From: Macrostomum hystrix | Lineage: Eukaryota; Animalia; Platyhelminthes | Assembly (NCBI GenBank): GCA_950097015.1 | Contig: CATNEN010000032.1 | Location: forward strand, 1,550,001-1,614,000 | Direction: 5' to 3' | DNA length: 64,000 nucleotides | Translations under genes and position numbers: made by a program | The notes under the pieces: model-generated | What the model was told of the DNA's origin: nothing | Seen by the model: only the letters and a program-made list of their open reading frames with translations | Database searches by the model: none | In this document: piece by piece, positions 11,426 to 23,711 of the stretch | How the letters are laid out: every line of letters starts with the position of its first letter | How positions within the stretch are numbered: the first letter of the stretch is position 1

Positions 11426-13402
11426 TGTCGGTCACATATCAAATGTCAGATTGATTGCTAAATTAACTGTGCCAGAAACTGGTCTCTAAAATCGGATTGG
11501 TCAGGGTGGGTGTGAGTAGTTGCTGTGCTTACTACTCAAATACTGAACAGCTTGTGAGAGAAGCAAAGCACAGACTCCTTATCTGGTGAAGCGAGCATGA
11601 GCAGAAAAAAGTGAGGATTAGGCACAGAATGAGGAAGTAAAAGTGCTGCATAGCAGGAGCTAAATTGTTGGCGGAGCAGGGGGTTCTGAGTCTGTGGATG
11701 GCCTTATTAATCCACAATTCGCTATTCCCTAGTGATCTGTTATCCCAACAGAAAGTCTAGGCTAAATCTAGGAAGTTAATTGGGCAAAAATGCTGCAATG
11801 AAGACAGCAAATAGCAAATTCGAGGTTGTTTATATAATTTTGTAACTAATTCTAATCAGTTGTCTGATTAATTACCTAGTCTGTCAACCAATCAGTCACC
11901 ACGCTTTAAGCATTCAGGCGCTGCCAAAAAATGGGAAATTGCCCCCCCGCCTTGATATAAAAATGGGCCGGTGTAATCGATAAGATTTTTTACTTCGGTA
12001 TTTAGATGACGTATGCGAAAATTTCTGAATTTCTAAAGAAAGTCAGAACGATATTTGCTAGTGCTGCTAATTCCTAAGATTTGTACTCATTTAAAAGAAA
12101 GCAATATAGAGTTGTCTCACCAGCTCACAGGGCAGCGGAAAGCCATACTCGCAGAGTCAGGTCTTCTGCTTTGGAAACAGAACTCGCTTCGCATTCTGGG
12201 TAGGCCTGGCGGTAGATATCCTGTAGAGCCCGCTGGTTGGCTGGTCCACACGCCAAACCTCCGGCAAAGGGCAGAAAATCAAGTCAGAGAGAAGATGCTC
12301 GGGGGGGGATGCAAGCCAACTAAATTCTTCGCACAGAATTCGGCACGCAAGTGCAGCGCGGGGGTAGGACGGAGGGGCCGAAGTTTGGGAGAAAAAAGTT
12401 GAGGTAAACGAAGGAGGACATACGAATTCGATCCCGTGGGGAAGCGGACCTCAATTGGTCATTACCGACTATTGACTTGTATCTGCATAAATGCATAAAT
12501 GCTTTCTGATAATTCCCAACTTTATTCTCAAACAAGCAGAGGTACTCAGGAAGTAGCGCATTGCAGGCCAGCAGAACGATAATCCTAGCATCGATAGGTT
12601 TTGGCTGGTTTCACAACTTTTTACCGCGGCTTTTTGCGTGATTTTTCGAATTAAGAATCGGAAAAAGCTCCTAGCTATGCTCAAATAGCTACTCAAGAGT
12701 CGAGCTGAAGCGGTGGAGTCGGAGTGAAAGAATGAAGAAGGATGCGGACCGGCTGGCTAACGAGTGCATAAAAGAGTTCTCAAGCCAAGTCGGTCGCTCA
12801 GCTTTCCGGGTCTTTAACATCGCATTGCGTGCACTGCTCACTAGTCCTACTGCACTCGTCCTCTGAGGGGATTTTCGAGATCGATGAGGCTTTGAAAATG
12901 GGATTAGCCAGCGCCCCGTAAGTTAATTAATTAGCACCTAAATTTTGAGCGGAACAGCAGCGTATAGTGAAGTCATACAGGTCCTAGATTAATCATATGC
13001 CATATATGCTAATCAACACCTTGCCTCTCTAGTTAAGCTGAACACTACCTGCCCTGCCAGATTCCAATGAAAGCCATAATTTCCGTGTTATGACAACAAC
13101 GATGCTACCTACCGATTTTTTCATCCATCAATGCACTCAAATTCATTTAAAAGTCCCTTTCTTCAACTTAAAGAACATAGCTTTTAAACTCGCAATTCAA
13201 AAAAGCTAAAAAATGATTTTGTGATGAATGAAAGAGAAAACAAGATTAGTGAATCTTTATTCGCTGTTTGTCTTTGTTATAATCTTAAATTGGATCTCAA
13301 CTAAACAAAAAAGTATTCAGAGGCACTATATACTACTCTCAAAGGATAAGGTGAGTAGCACATCGCAGGGGTGTCGTATTCAACAAAACACATATTTTTA
13401 GT

Positions 13403-14017
13403 CTAATAATCCTTGTGATTTCGGTGACCGGATCCACGGCCGGATCGAGGTCGAGTAGAATAACTGTCGCCGTAGCTCTTCTCGTAGCCGTTGTATCCAT
13501 TAGAATCGTCGTCGTATCCGTAGCTTCGTTCATAACCATTGCTATTGCCTTTACCGTAGCCATGGTCATTACCATAGCCGTAGTCGTCATCATGGCCATG
13601 GCCCTTGCCGTAGCCGTAGCCGTAGCCATAGTCATAGCCATTTTTATAATCGTTGCCGTAGCCATTACCGTAGCCTTTGCCGTAGTTAGGCAACTGGTCG
13701 TAGTAGACATATCCCTTTTCGCCGTAGCCCTTCGAACTACGAGAGCCCAGCTTGCCATAGTAATTGGGCAACTGATCATAATAGACGTAGCCGCCGCTAC
13801 GGTAGCCGTTGCCATTATTGCTGTACTTATTGTTGGCCTGCACCACCTTGACAAGCCCGATTCCACCTGGATGGAACAGAGAGCCAGCCTGGTGCACCGG
13901 CACGTAGTGCACGCTGCTCTGCGAACTGCCGGTGTAGGCGATGGCCGCCGAGGCCGATGTGACAGCGGCGGCAAAGATCAAAAGAAGTTTAGGCGATTGG
14001 TCAAGAGTCGCCGGCAT
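13403..14017 (-). CDS. Secreted Gly/Tyr/Asp/His-rich low-complexity protein, 204 aa (eggshell/sclerotised-matrix-like)
   Basis: ATG start, hydrophobic signal segment (LLLIFAAAVTSASA), 33 Tyr, no Cys, duplicated GYVYYDQLPNY, AATAAA about 140 nt downstream (13256-13261). Confidence 0.8.
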   Translation of the reverse strand: MPATLDQSPKLLLIFAAAVTSASAAIAYTGSSQSSVHYVPVHQAGSLFHPGGIGLVKVVQANNKYSNNGNGYRSGGYVYYDQLPNYYGKLGSRSSKGYGEKGYVYYDQLPNYGKGYGNGYGNDYKNGYDYGYGYGYGKGHGHDDDYGYGNDHGYGKGNSNGYERSYGYDDDSNGYNGYEKSYGDSYSTRPRSGRGSGHRNHKDY

Positions 14018-14446
14018 AATTTAGCGAAATTTGCGTCGATTTGCAGGATTTTATTTTGAACAGGACGCACGTGCGACGTAAATTTTCACGAGCGGCCCTA
14101 ATAAATGCTTTGGGTGAGCTGATAAAGATAGTAAGGGGTGTTGGAGGGGTTTAAGCTCAGCACAGAGAACAGGCTGTGTGGTCACTGCTGATTGGCTGGC
14201 TGATGAAGGGACGAGATTCAATGTACACATCTTATGATAAGATATCTGAACAATAATCCGACAGCTGTGATAGACACGCATTGTTGTTAAAACAATCTCA
14301 AATAGAGTAGATGTTTTCAGGCCTAGCCTAAGGCCAATCAAGTTCTTACGCTAGCTGATTGCGTTAGTACTTTCACATTGAATTGAATAACTCATGCGTA
14401 CTTTTGACTTGAAATAGGACGACGATTGTCACCTGACATCACGATC

Positions 14447-15575
14447 TTCTCACCTGATATCACCCACAATTAACCCTCATCTTCTCACCTGAAATCACCC
14501 ACAATTAACCCACATGTTCTCACCTGAAATCACCCACATTTTCTCACCTGAAATCACTCCATAATTTCCCAACTGGGCACATCTTCTCAACTGAAATCAC
14601 TCCCATTTACCCCACATCTTCTCAACTGAAATCACTCCCATTTCCCCACATCTTCTCAACTGAAATCACTCCCATTTACCCCACATCTTCTCAACTGAAA
14701 TCACTCCCATTTACCCCACATCTTCTCAACTGAAATCACTCCCATTTACCCCACATCTTCTCACCTAAAATCACTCCCATTTATCCCACATCTTCTCAAC
14801 TGAAATCACTCCCATTTACCCTACATCTTCTCAACTGAAATCACTCCACAATTTCCCTACATCTTCTCAACTGAAATCACTCCCATTTACCCCACATCTT
14901 CTCAAGTGAAATCACTCCCATTTCCCCACATCTTCTCAACTGAAATCACTCCCATTTACCCCACATCTTCTCAACTGAAATCACTCCCATTTACCCTACA
15001 TCTTCTCAACTGAAATCACTCCCATTTACCCCACATCTTCTCAACTGAAATCACTCCCATTTACCCCACATCTTCTCAAGTGAAATCACTCTCATTTACC
15101 CCACATCTTCTCACCTGAAATCACTCCCATTTACCCTACATCTTCTCAACTGAAATCACTCCCATTTACCCCACATCTTCTCAACTGAAATCACTCCCAT
15201 TTACCCCACATCTTCTCACCTGAAATCACTCCCATTTACCCTACATCTTCTCAACTGAAATCACTCCCATTTACCCCACATCTTCTCAACTGAAATCACT
15301 CCCATTTACCCTACATCTTCTCACCTGAAATCACTCCCATTTACCCTACATCTTCTCAACTGAAATCACTCCCATTTACCCCACATCTTCTCACCTGAAA
15401 TCACTCCCATTTACTCCACATCTTCTCAACTGAAATCACTCCCATTTACCCCACATCTTCTCACCTGAAATCACTCCCATTTACTCCACATCTTCTCAAC
15501 TGAAATCACTCCCATTTACCCTACATCTTCTCACCTGAAATCACTCCCATTTACTCCACATCTTCTCACCTGAAA
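14447..15575 (+). repeat. 35-bp minisatellite (CACATCTTCTCAACTGAAATCACTCCCATTTACCC), about 32 units
   Basis: Tandem units, degenerate at left edge. Confidence 0.95.
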
Positions 15576-16059
15576 TCATCACCAATTACTTCACAATTCT
15601 CACAGGACATGACTCACAGTTTAAAGTATATTCGAACAACAGATAACACGAGCTATCAGTATCTTTTAGCTAACAAGGGAACGATTCTTTTCAATCCTTT
15701 GCTCAATGCAACGATTCATTGGCAGTGTTTTTTTCAGATAATTTTTCTTGCTTAACAAGCATGAAGCCACAAAGGCTAAGCGCTGAACAAATGGACACTC
15801 GGGCAGAAACAAATGCACTAGAAGGATATTTGGCTGACTCTGAATGAAGGTTCAATGAGACAGCAAACGCAGCCAGCAATATAAAAATAAAAACATAACA
15901 AACAATACAGGCAGCTATATGTAGAATTCAGAGCTAACCGCCCTACTACACGAAATTTTAAAGTGAAAAAATAAAAAACAAGTGCACCTATGCATAACAC
16001 TAACAACATATTTGAGGCAAGCACTGAACTGCTGTCATTAATGATGGGGCGAAGGAATC

Positions 16060-17055
16060 CCGAAAGATGAGGGCATTGGGGAACCCCGTAGGACAGGTGG
16101 TTGCGGATTAATGAAGCATAGGTGATTGGGGAATGCCGAAGAATTTTTGATTGGGGAATCCCGAAGGATAGGTGATTGGGGAATCCCGAAGGACAGGTGA
16201 TTGGGGAATCCCGAAGGATAGGTGATTGGGGAATCCCGAAGGATAGGTGATTGGGGAATCCCGAAGGATAGGTGATTGGGGAATCCCGAAAGATAGTTGA
16301 TTGGGGAATCCCGAAGGACAGGTGATTGGGGAATCCCGAAGGATAGGTGATTGGGGAATCCCGAAGGATAGGTGATTTGGGAATCCCGAAGGATAGGTGA
16401 TTGGGGAATCCCGAAGGATAGGTGATTGGGGAATCCCGAAGGATAGGTGATTGGGGAATCCCGAAGGATAGGTGATTGGGGAATCCCGAAGGATAGGTGA
16501 TTGGGGAATCCCGAAGGATAGGTGATTAGGGAATCCCGAAGGATAGGTGATTGGGGAATCCCGAAGGATAGGTGATTGGGGAATGCCGAAGCATAGGTGA
16601 TTGGGGAATCCTGAAGAATAGGTGATTGGGGAATCCCGAAGGATAGGTGATTAGGGAATCCCGAAGGATAGGTGATTGGGGAATCCGGAAGGATAGGTGA
16701 TTGGGGAATCCCGAAGGATAGGTGATTGGGGAATCCCGAAGGATAGGTGATTAGGGAACCCCGAAGGATAGGTGATTGGGGAATGCCGAAGCATAGGTGA
16801 TTGGGGAATGCCGAAGGATAGGTGATTGGGGAATGCCGAAGCATAGGTGATTGGGGAATCCCGAAGGATAGGTGATTGGGGAATGCCGAAGCATAGGTGA
16901 TTGGGGAATGCCGAAGCATAGGTGATTGGGGAATCCCGAAGGATAGGTGATTGGGGAATCCCGAAGGATAGGTGATTGGGGAATCCCGAAGGATAGGTGA
17001 TTGGGGAATCCCGAAGGATAGGTGATTGGGGAATGCCGAAGCATAGGTGATTGGG
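16060..17055 (+). repeat. 25-bp minisatellite (TTGGGGAATCCCGAAGGATAGGTGA), about 40 units
   Basis: Tandem units, decays into flanks. Confidence 0.95.
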
Positions 17056-17615
17056 TAATTTCGAGGGATGGGGAATTAAGGGAATTAAGGGAATGCCGAA
17101 TTATTAGTGATTGGGGAATCTCGAAGTGTGAGGGATTTGGGAAATCTCAAGTATTAGGGATCGGTTAATCTCGAAGGATGGTTGATTGGGGAAAAGAAAA
17201 GGTGGTTAATCTTGAAGAAAAAGGAATTGGGTATTCTTGAAAAATTGGCGATTCGAGTTTCCTGAAGGCAGATGGATTGGGAAACTCCAACGATTTGGGC
17301 TGCAGAATCAGGGGATCAGGGGTTTGGCGGATAGTGGGACCCATCAGATTGGAGGATTTGTCAGGGTAGTGGACAGATGACTTTAAAAATATGTTTCAGC
17401 ACGAGTATATTCATCTGTCAATCTAAAAAAAACCAATGACCGATAATAGGTCAGTAAAACAAAAACTAATTCGCGCCTTCTTAAAGTGGAGAGCATTGAC
17501 GATGGCATAAAAACTAGAGCTCTCTAAGGCCTGACGCTTATTACAAGAACAAAGTTACCAGGACTATCCCAGATAAAAGTGTTGATAAAGGATGATATGG
17601 ATCAATGAATCATCG

Positions 17616-19380
17616 TCACTCCAACAGGCTCTCAATGGCGCCGTCGGGCAGTTCAGCTTGCCACCAGCCGTCCGGATGTCGCGGCTCCACCAGGCGCAGC
17701 CGGAGGCCGTCGTCTTCGCTTGCCACGTCACTGATGGCGATGAGCTTGGCAGCGGCGTCGGCCAGAAACCGGCGACCGGGCGGCGGGCGCAGGCGGCACT
17801 CGGCAGCCAGGGGTGGCACGCCGGCCGCCAACTCGGGCAGTCGGCGAACTCGCAGCTCATCGAGTGCCGAGCCTGTCGACTCGTTGCCGTAGTCGATAAA
17901 GCGAACTCGAAGCCGGCCTTCTGCGTCGGGACATTCAATAATGCGCGCCCGATACCAGTCCTCCTCATAGATGGCGACGCACAGCGTTCCGACGATCTGC
18001 TCCGCTGGTGTCAGCGCCTGCTGGCTTGAAGCCCGCTCCTGCAGCAACTCCAGCAGTTCATCAACTTGGCTCTGCGAGTCCATGCGCTGGGCGAATAGAG
18101 TCAGCTGCTCCTGACCGACCAGGGAGGCGTGACAAATCATGCCGGCGAATTCGGCTGGAAAGCTGGCGGAAGGGATCAACTTCTGCTCCACCGGCAGCGG
18201 CTGCTGTGACCCCGGATCTGGCTGCTCGTGCTGGGGCGGCTTCCGGTCCTGCTGGAACTCGTGTTGCGGCGGCTTCCGGTCCTGCTGGAACTCGTGTTGC
18301 GGCGACTTCCGGTCCTGCTGGAACACGTGCTGCAGCGGCTTCCGGTCCTGCTGGAACACGTGCTGCAGCGGCTTCCGGTCCTGCTGGAACTCGTGTTGCG
18401 GCGGCTTCCGGTCCTGCTGGAACTCGTGCTGCGGCGGCTTCCGGTCCTGCTGGAACTCGTGCTGCGGCGGCTTCCGGTCCTGCTGGAACTCGTGCTGCGG
18501 CGGCTTCCGGTCCTGCTGGAACTCGTGCTGCGGCGGCTTCCGGTCCTGCTGGAACTCGTGCTGCGGCGGCTTCCGGTCCTGCTGTAACAGGTGCTGTGGC
18601 GGCCGATACGGCTGGTAAGGCAAGGAAGAACGATTCTGTGGAAACTTCGGCTGTTGAGGCACACTTGACTGCCGCTCGAACTGCTGTCCACCGCTGACAT
18701 TATTATTATTATTACGGACAGCCGGCTGCTGCTGCAAGGCGCTGCTATCGGAGGAACAGCTCTGCCGCCTACTCGCTGACTGTGCAGAGGCAGACGATTG
18801 AGCAGTTTGCTGAATCTGTCTCAGCTTGCTCAGCACATCCATTCCATTAACCTCCAGAGCGATCTGCACGGCTCCATTTGATCGCCAGCTAATAAACTTT
18901 GCAATGGCTGGCCGGCCAACCAGTTTGCGGAGGCTGGTGAGCACCGCCTGGTCGGCCAGTTCGCCAGGCCGCAGGTTGGCCAGCGAGCAGTGCAGGGCGC
19001 AGGGCGGCAGCTCGGCTAGGCTGGCTGGCAGCGGGGCTAGTAGGCCCCCTGGTAGACAGGCCAGCCGGCCAGTGTCTATTAGGCGCAGCAGGTGGTAACC
19101 GGCTTGATCAGCCGAGAGAATCTGGGCCCTGCGCCAGCTGCCGTCCCGCTGGTCCATGGCTAGGCAGAGGCCGCCGCGCGGCCATTTCTCCTGACCTTCA
19201 CTGTCGGCCTCGTTGGAGTCGCCGCCACCGCCAGCTTGGGAATGGTACTTTGGTCGGAAGCGACTCAATCGGTCGGCGATGCGCTTAGCAATGGAGGCGT
19301 CGCAGTCCAGCAAGATGTGCAGCGAGCCCGGATGGTCGGCGTAAAGCACCGTACAGCTGTCGCTGCCTTTCAACGGTGAT
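17616..19380 (-). CDS. Multi-Tudor domain protein, exon 3
   Basis: Tudor motifs GGLCLAMDQRDGSWRRAQIL...LIDTG and GTLCVAIYEEDWYRARII...VRFIDYGN; acceptor TTTCAAAG at 19381, phase 2; internal 11-aa repeat. Confidence 0.88.
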
Positions 19381-19473
19381 CTTTGAAAAAAAGGTGGATT
19401 GCGAATTTCGATACATATCGGTTGGACTTGTTGATTACCTCATTTCATTCCATTTATATGACGGAATCCTCAC

Positions 19474-21083
19474 CTGTCAGGATACTTCATCGTCGACTGT
19501 TCCAACTCAACCGGTGGAGCTTCCAAAGAATGGCGCTTCGAGGCCGGCTTAAAAGCGTGCAAAAGTTCTGGCAGCAGGGCCGGGTCCGGGACAAACGACA
19601 CTACAACAGCTCCGTCTAAAGACAGGGAAAGCACGGTCAGCCGGCCTGCTAGTAGGCTACCGTTGGCGCAGTCAACGGGCTGTTGGTCAGCCAGGCGCGC
19701 GGTCAGACAGCAAGACGGCAGCGCCAGGATCGACTTCGGAGCGACTAGGAAATCGTCCGGCTTGGCTAGGATTTCAACGCCGTAGTCTTCTAGAAGCAGA
19801 CGGCAGTTGGCACCGCCATTCGGCAGAGGATCCTGGCGCAGTAGGACAGCCCGGCGAGCTGGGGCGGTCGGTGTGGCGGGCAGCAGCACAGGTGAGCCGA
19901 CAATAGCCGCTGACGCTGCTTCGCCAGCATCGGCGGCAGCTGCGGCGGCAGTCTGCAGTTTCTCAGCCAGTCGACGCAAATGTCGGCGATCATCTCGCAG
20001 AAGAAATCTGGCCAGCCCAGTAGCGACGTCCAGCCAGCAGAGCAGAGCCGGCTGAGTCTGGTCAACACGGAGGCGGCTGGCGGCATTGTAGGGCGGGAAG
20101 CTGTCGACAGCCGGCCTGATGTCAGCGAGCCAGATCAGTCGTTCGACATCGATTAGCCGGCGCAAGTTGGCCTGGACAGCAGCGCCAACAGCGGGCGGTT
20201 GGCTGTGAAGTTGGCAGCAGACGCAGAACGGATCCAGCTGGGCTAGCGGATGATCTGCGGGCAGGAGGCGCAAGCCGCTAACGCCTGGAGCGTCAACCGA
20301 GGCGCCGAAGTCAATCAGGCGAAACCGACGACTGGCGACGCCGAGCGGCTGGTCGAGGCGGAGGCGGACAGGACCCCGCTTTGGCAGGCTGGCAACGCAG
20401 ATGCGGGCAGTCGAGACAGAGCCGGCGTCAATTTCGATGTCGCTGGAGTGCAGGAAGGCGTTTAAATCAGCCGCTAGCTGGTCGAATTTAGAGCGATCCG
20501 CGCGCTTCAACAAGTACACAACGGACGAGCCGGCGTCTTCAGCCACGTGAGTGACGTCGGCGAGAAACCAGTTGGAGTCCGAGGAGTCCAAAGCGGTTGC
20601 TGAAGGTTTATTTTTGACGGCGCTAGCCTCTGATTGGACGCCCGGTAATTGCAGGAACCACTGATTGATTTCCTGGTCATCCTTTGTTGTGAGAGTTACT
20701 GCAATCGACTCATCTGGCTTGGCATTATTAGCAACTGCGAATTCGGCCCATAGTTGAATATCTTCGGCCTGTTGATTGTCTTGCAACTTGAGCTTTAGAC
20801 GCGAACTCGCGTCCGACGTCCAGGAAAGTCCGAGGCCGGCTAAGTGACAGCGCGCAGCTTGCGGCGGCATGCGATTGGCCAGCTCGTCTGGCAGCGGAGA
20901 CAAGTCAGCGATGCCGCAGTCGAATCGTTCGCCAAAGTCCAGCGTCTCGACGGTCACAAAGCGCAGCTGGTGGAAGCTCTGTCCAGAGGGCGGCAGGACG
21001 CGGGCGCGATATGCGAGGCCGGTGCTGCGCTGGAAGGCGCACACCAGACTGCCCGGCTGCAGCGTGGGCGGATTCTCCAGGTT
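19474..21083 (-). CDS. Multi-Tudor domain protein, exon 2
   Basis: PGSLVCAFQRSTGLAYRARVL...VETLDFGE, RFRLIDFG, LLEDYG degenerate Tudor cores; acceptor TTAACAG at 21084 (phase 0), donor AG|GTGAGG at 19473 (phase 2). Confidence 0.85.
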
Positions 21084-21149
21084 CTGTTAAAGTTTGTTAA
21101 TTTTGCGGCTGCGGTGAGTTCAGTTAGGTGGGGTGCGAGAACCCGGTGA

Positions 21150-21700
21150 ATTATCTAGGAATAAGGTTTTCCTATTCTGCCCGTTTAGGGATAAGCAGGT
21201 TTCCTATTCTTCCCATCAAGGGATAATTCCCCACTAAGGATTAAACAGGTTTTCTATTTATAGCATCAATAGATAATTCCCAACTAGGGATTAAGCAGCT
21301 TTCTATTTATCCCATCTAGAGATGATTGCCAACTACAACTAGGGATTAAGCAGGTTTTCTATCTATCCCATCTAGGGATAATTTCCAACTAGGGATTAAG
21401 CAGGTTTTCTATTTATCCCATCTAGGGATAATTTCCAACTAGGGTTTACATCGGTTCACTATTTTTTCTATCTAGGGATAATTCCAATTTCCAAACTAGG
21501 GATTAGCAGATTTTCCATACTTCTCATCTGAGTTTCTCATTCGAAAAAAAGGAATAAACAGTTTTTCTATTTAGGAATACAGCTTTTCGAGATTCTATAT
21601 AGCAATAAAGACTGAAGCTATAAAGCTATAAAGTGATAAGCAGGTCTCTGATATAGGGATAAGCAGATTTTTTCGATTTATCCCACCCTGGAAAAATTTG
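21150..21700 (+). repeat. Degenerate roughly 40-bp intronic tandem repeat (TTTTCTATTTATCCCATCTAGGGATAATTTCCAACTAGGGATTAAGCAGG-like)
   Basis: Recurrent motif within Tudor intron 1. Confidence 0.7.
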
Positions 21701-21770
21701 CCTCACTAATGATAATGCACTATACCAGCAAGTGTAGCTACTTATTAGTTTCATTATTGTGTGTGCCTAC

Positions 21771-21935
21771 CTTCAACAAGCGGTGATGCTGAATTAGCAC
21801 TCGTGTAAGCTCATGCAAATTGTTGCCACTGTCATTGCGCAGTTGCAGGTGGAAGTCTCTGGGACTGTTAAAGTTGGTGCAGACACACAGGTGTCGCCCA
21901 GGTAGTGCAACAAATCCTTGATTTGTTGTATTCAT
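21771..21935 (-). CDS. Multi-Tudor domain protein, exon 1
   Basis: MNTT...CVCTNFNSPRDFHLQL...LHELTRVL resembles extended-Tudor N-terminal strands; donor AAG|GTAGGC at 21770, phase 0; three exons total 3540 nt, a multiple of 3. Confidence 0.75.
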
Positions 21936-22709
21936 TGCAATACAATATTGTTTTTAAAGACAAGTCTAGCAAAACTTTTTTGTTCCACTGAAAATGTAAT
22001 TCTTTATGTTAAGTATGAGAAAATGCTTACTATTTTTTACTAGCATAATGATTATATCAAAAAGTCTTTAATAATCTTGACAATATCCAAAAGGATTTAA
22101 AACTAATATTTATCTTAGACTATTTCAGACCTTATAAAACTAAAAAATATCTTTTATATAATACATATTCTATGTTAAAAAAGTACACAACTATTGTTTA
22201 GAAAAGCTGTGCACTTTTGGCCTGGATGGCAGCACCAAGTTTCTAGTGCTGCACTCACCTATCCACACCTGGATACAGCTTGCTAGAGCTTCATTGATTT
22301 GATTTGATAACCATAAGAAAAAGCCTCTAAAATGAGTAAATTAGGATATTGTTTAGATATACTGCTACTACAGACTAAAGTGATGCAGACATAAAAGTGC
22401 CTGATCAATTTAAACTTGTGCATTGCATTGACACTTTATCAATATGATATTTTATTTTGTGACAATTAAAGCTATAGCAGATGAAGTAGGCCTAGTTTCA
22501 ATTGTTCATATGGTAGACAAGTTTGTTTAAAGTTTCTCATTAAGTCAAGTTAATAGCAGATGAGATATAGTGGCAGACAAAAAGACTGAAACCAGAATGG
22601 CCAACTGTGCCCCAAAGCCTAAGGATTGTGTAAATTGATATATAGCTTTATGTATTGCTAAAGCCTAAAGCTAGGCATTTTAAATTAGGGCCTAGTATAG
22701 CCTAGCATA

Positions 22710-23009
22710 CATACATGCGCAACACCCGGCCGACCCAGCCAAACCGGCCGGGTGAAATGAGGGCCAAGCAAGGTAAGTTGCAAAAACCAATCAACCAAGC
22801 GCCAAAAAATTAAAGGGGGGACCAAGGGACAAAAAAAGAAAGGCGTGAAGAAAAGAAAAAAGTGGAGAGAAAAAGAGAGCAAATGAGAGCAAACTAAATC
22901 GTAAATAGAGCAATGAAACAAACTAAGTCGCAATTGAGAGCAAACTAAGTTGTAAATACAGCAAAAACTAAGCATGGCCGGCTAAGATTTGGGAGGTTGC
23001 GCATGTATG
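22710..23009. mobile_element. 300-bp MITE (hAT- or P-like) with 14-bp TIRs and 8-bp TSD
   Basis: TIR CATACATGCGCAAC / GTTGCGCATGTATG; identical flanks CTAGCATA at 22702-22709 and 23010-23017. Confidence 0.85.
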
Positions 23010-23369
23010 CTAGCATAGCTAAGCTCTATGTTAAACCCATAGGGCATAGGGGCATGCAAATAATTGAAACTTATCAACATAAAAGTTAATAGGCCTATAG
23101 CAAATTGTTTCCTAGTGTTTCTTAGCACATCTTAATCTATTTAATTATGTAATATAAATAAATAGGCTATGCCTATAGCTTAAGCTGGACTTACAACCTT
23201 TTTGCAAGTTCTAGCTATTGTCTTGGATATCAGAATCAGTTAAGTCCATATAGGCCTAGTCAGGAAGTCATTGATTGTACACATCAAGCCTGTGCGGTCG
23301 AGCGCTTCATGCATGCACGGCACTTAAATTTCATGTTCAGCTTCGTTTTTTTAAGTGACACGGAGTGCA

Positions 23370-23684
23370 CGTAGTGCGGCTGGAAATGTTCTTTTAAAAT
23401 TGCGCTAAATATTTAATTGTTGCTATACAGTAACTATAGCGATTGCAAATAGCATTATTATGTTATTAATTTCTACTTTTATGACCCTTGAAAATAATGG
23501 AAATATGAATTATAAATTATTTTAATCGTTGTCTAATTAAAATATAATCGCACCAGTTTGAAAAGCGCGCTGCAATCGAGTGTAACTGCAAGTGTAAGGC
23601 GCGGCGCGGCGTGTAAACTGAAGACGTTAAATTGCTGTAGTAAAACTGTTTAAATTCGCGGCCTTCAAACCCAGTTATACTACA
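23370..23684 (+). repeat. 5-prime LTR
   Basis: CGTAGTGCGG...TTATACTACA (first base C rather than T). Confidence 0.95.
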
Positions 23685-23686
23685 TT

Positions 23687-23697
23687 TGGCGACCACG
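23687..23697 (+). promoter_or_regulatory. Primer-binding site, probably tRNA-Arg
   Basis: TGGCGACCACG 2 nt after the LTR, complementary to a tRNA 3-prime end CGUGGUCG-CCA. Confidence 0.65.
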
Positions 23698-23711
23698 CCA
23701 GCTCTACTATT

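Noticed and set aside
11532-11717. Hydrophobic short ORF as HS3ST exon 1
   Set aside because: Splicing its GTAAGC donor to either available acceptor creates a stop codon
12082-13058. Possible solo LTR with GATT TSD
   Set aside because: A 4-bp match is easily obtained by chance; no other LTR hallmarks
13339-14059. Overlapping ORFs 13339-13974 and 13415-14059
   Set aside because: Shadow frames of the Gly/Tyr-rich gene
8240-17055. Regular 25-35 bp repeats as CRISPR arrays
   Set aside because: No unique spacers, no cas genes, eukaryotic context
18008-18700. Cys-rich (CCGGFRSCWNS)n and other ORFs resembling keratin-associated proteins
   Set aside because: Antisense or alternative frames of the 33-bp repeat in the Tudor exon
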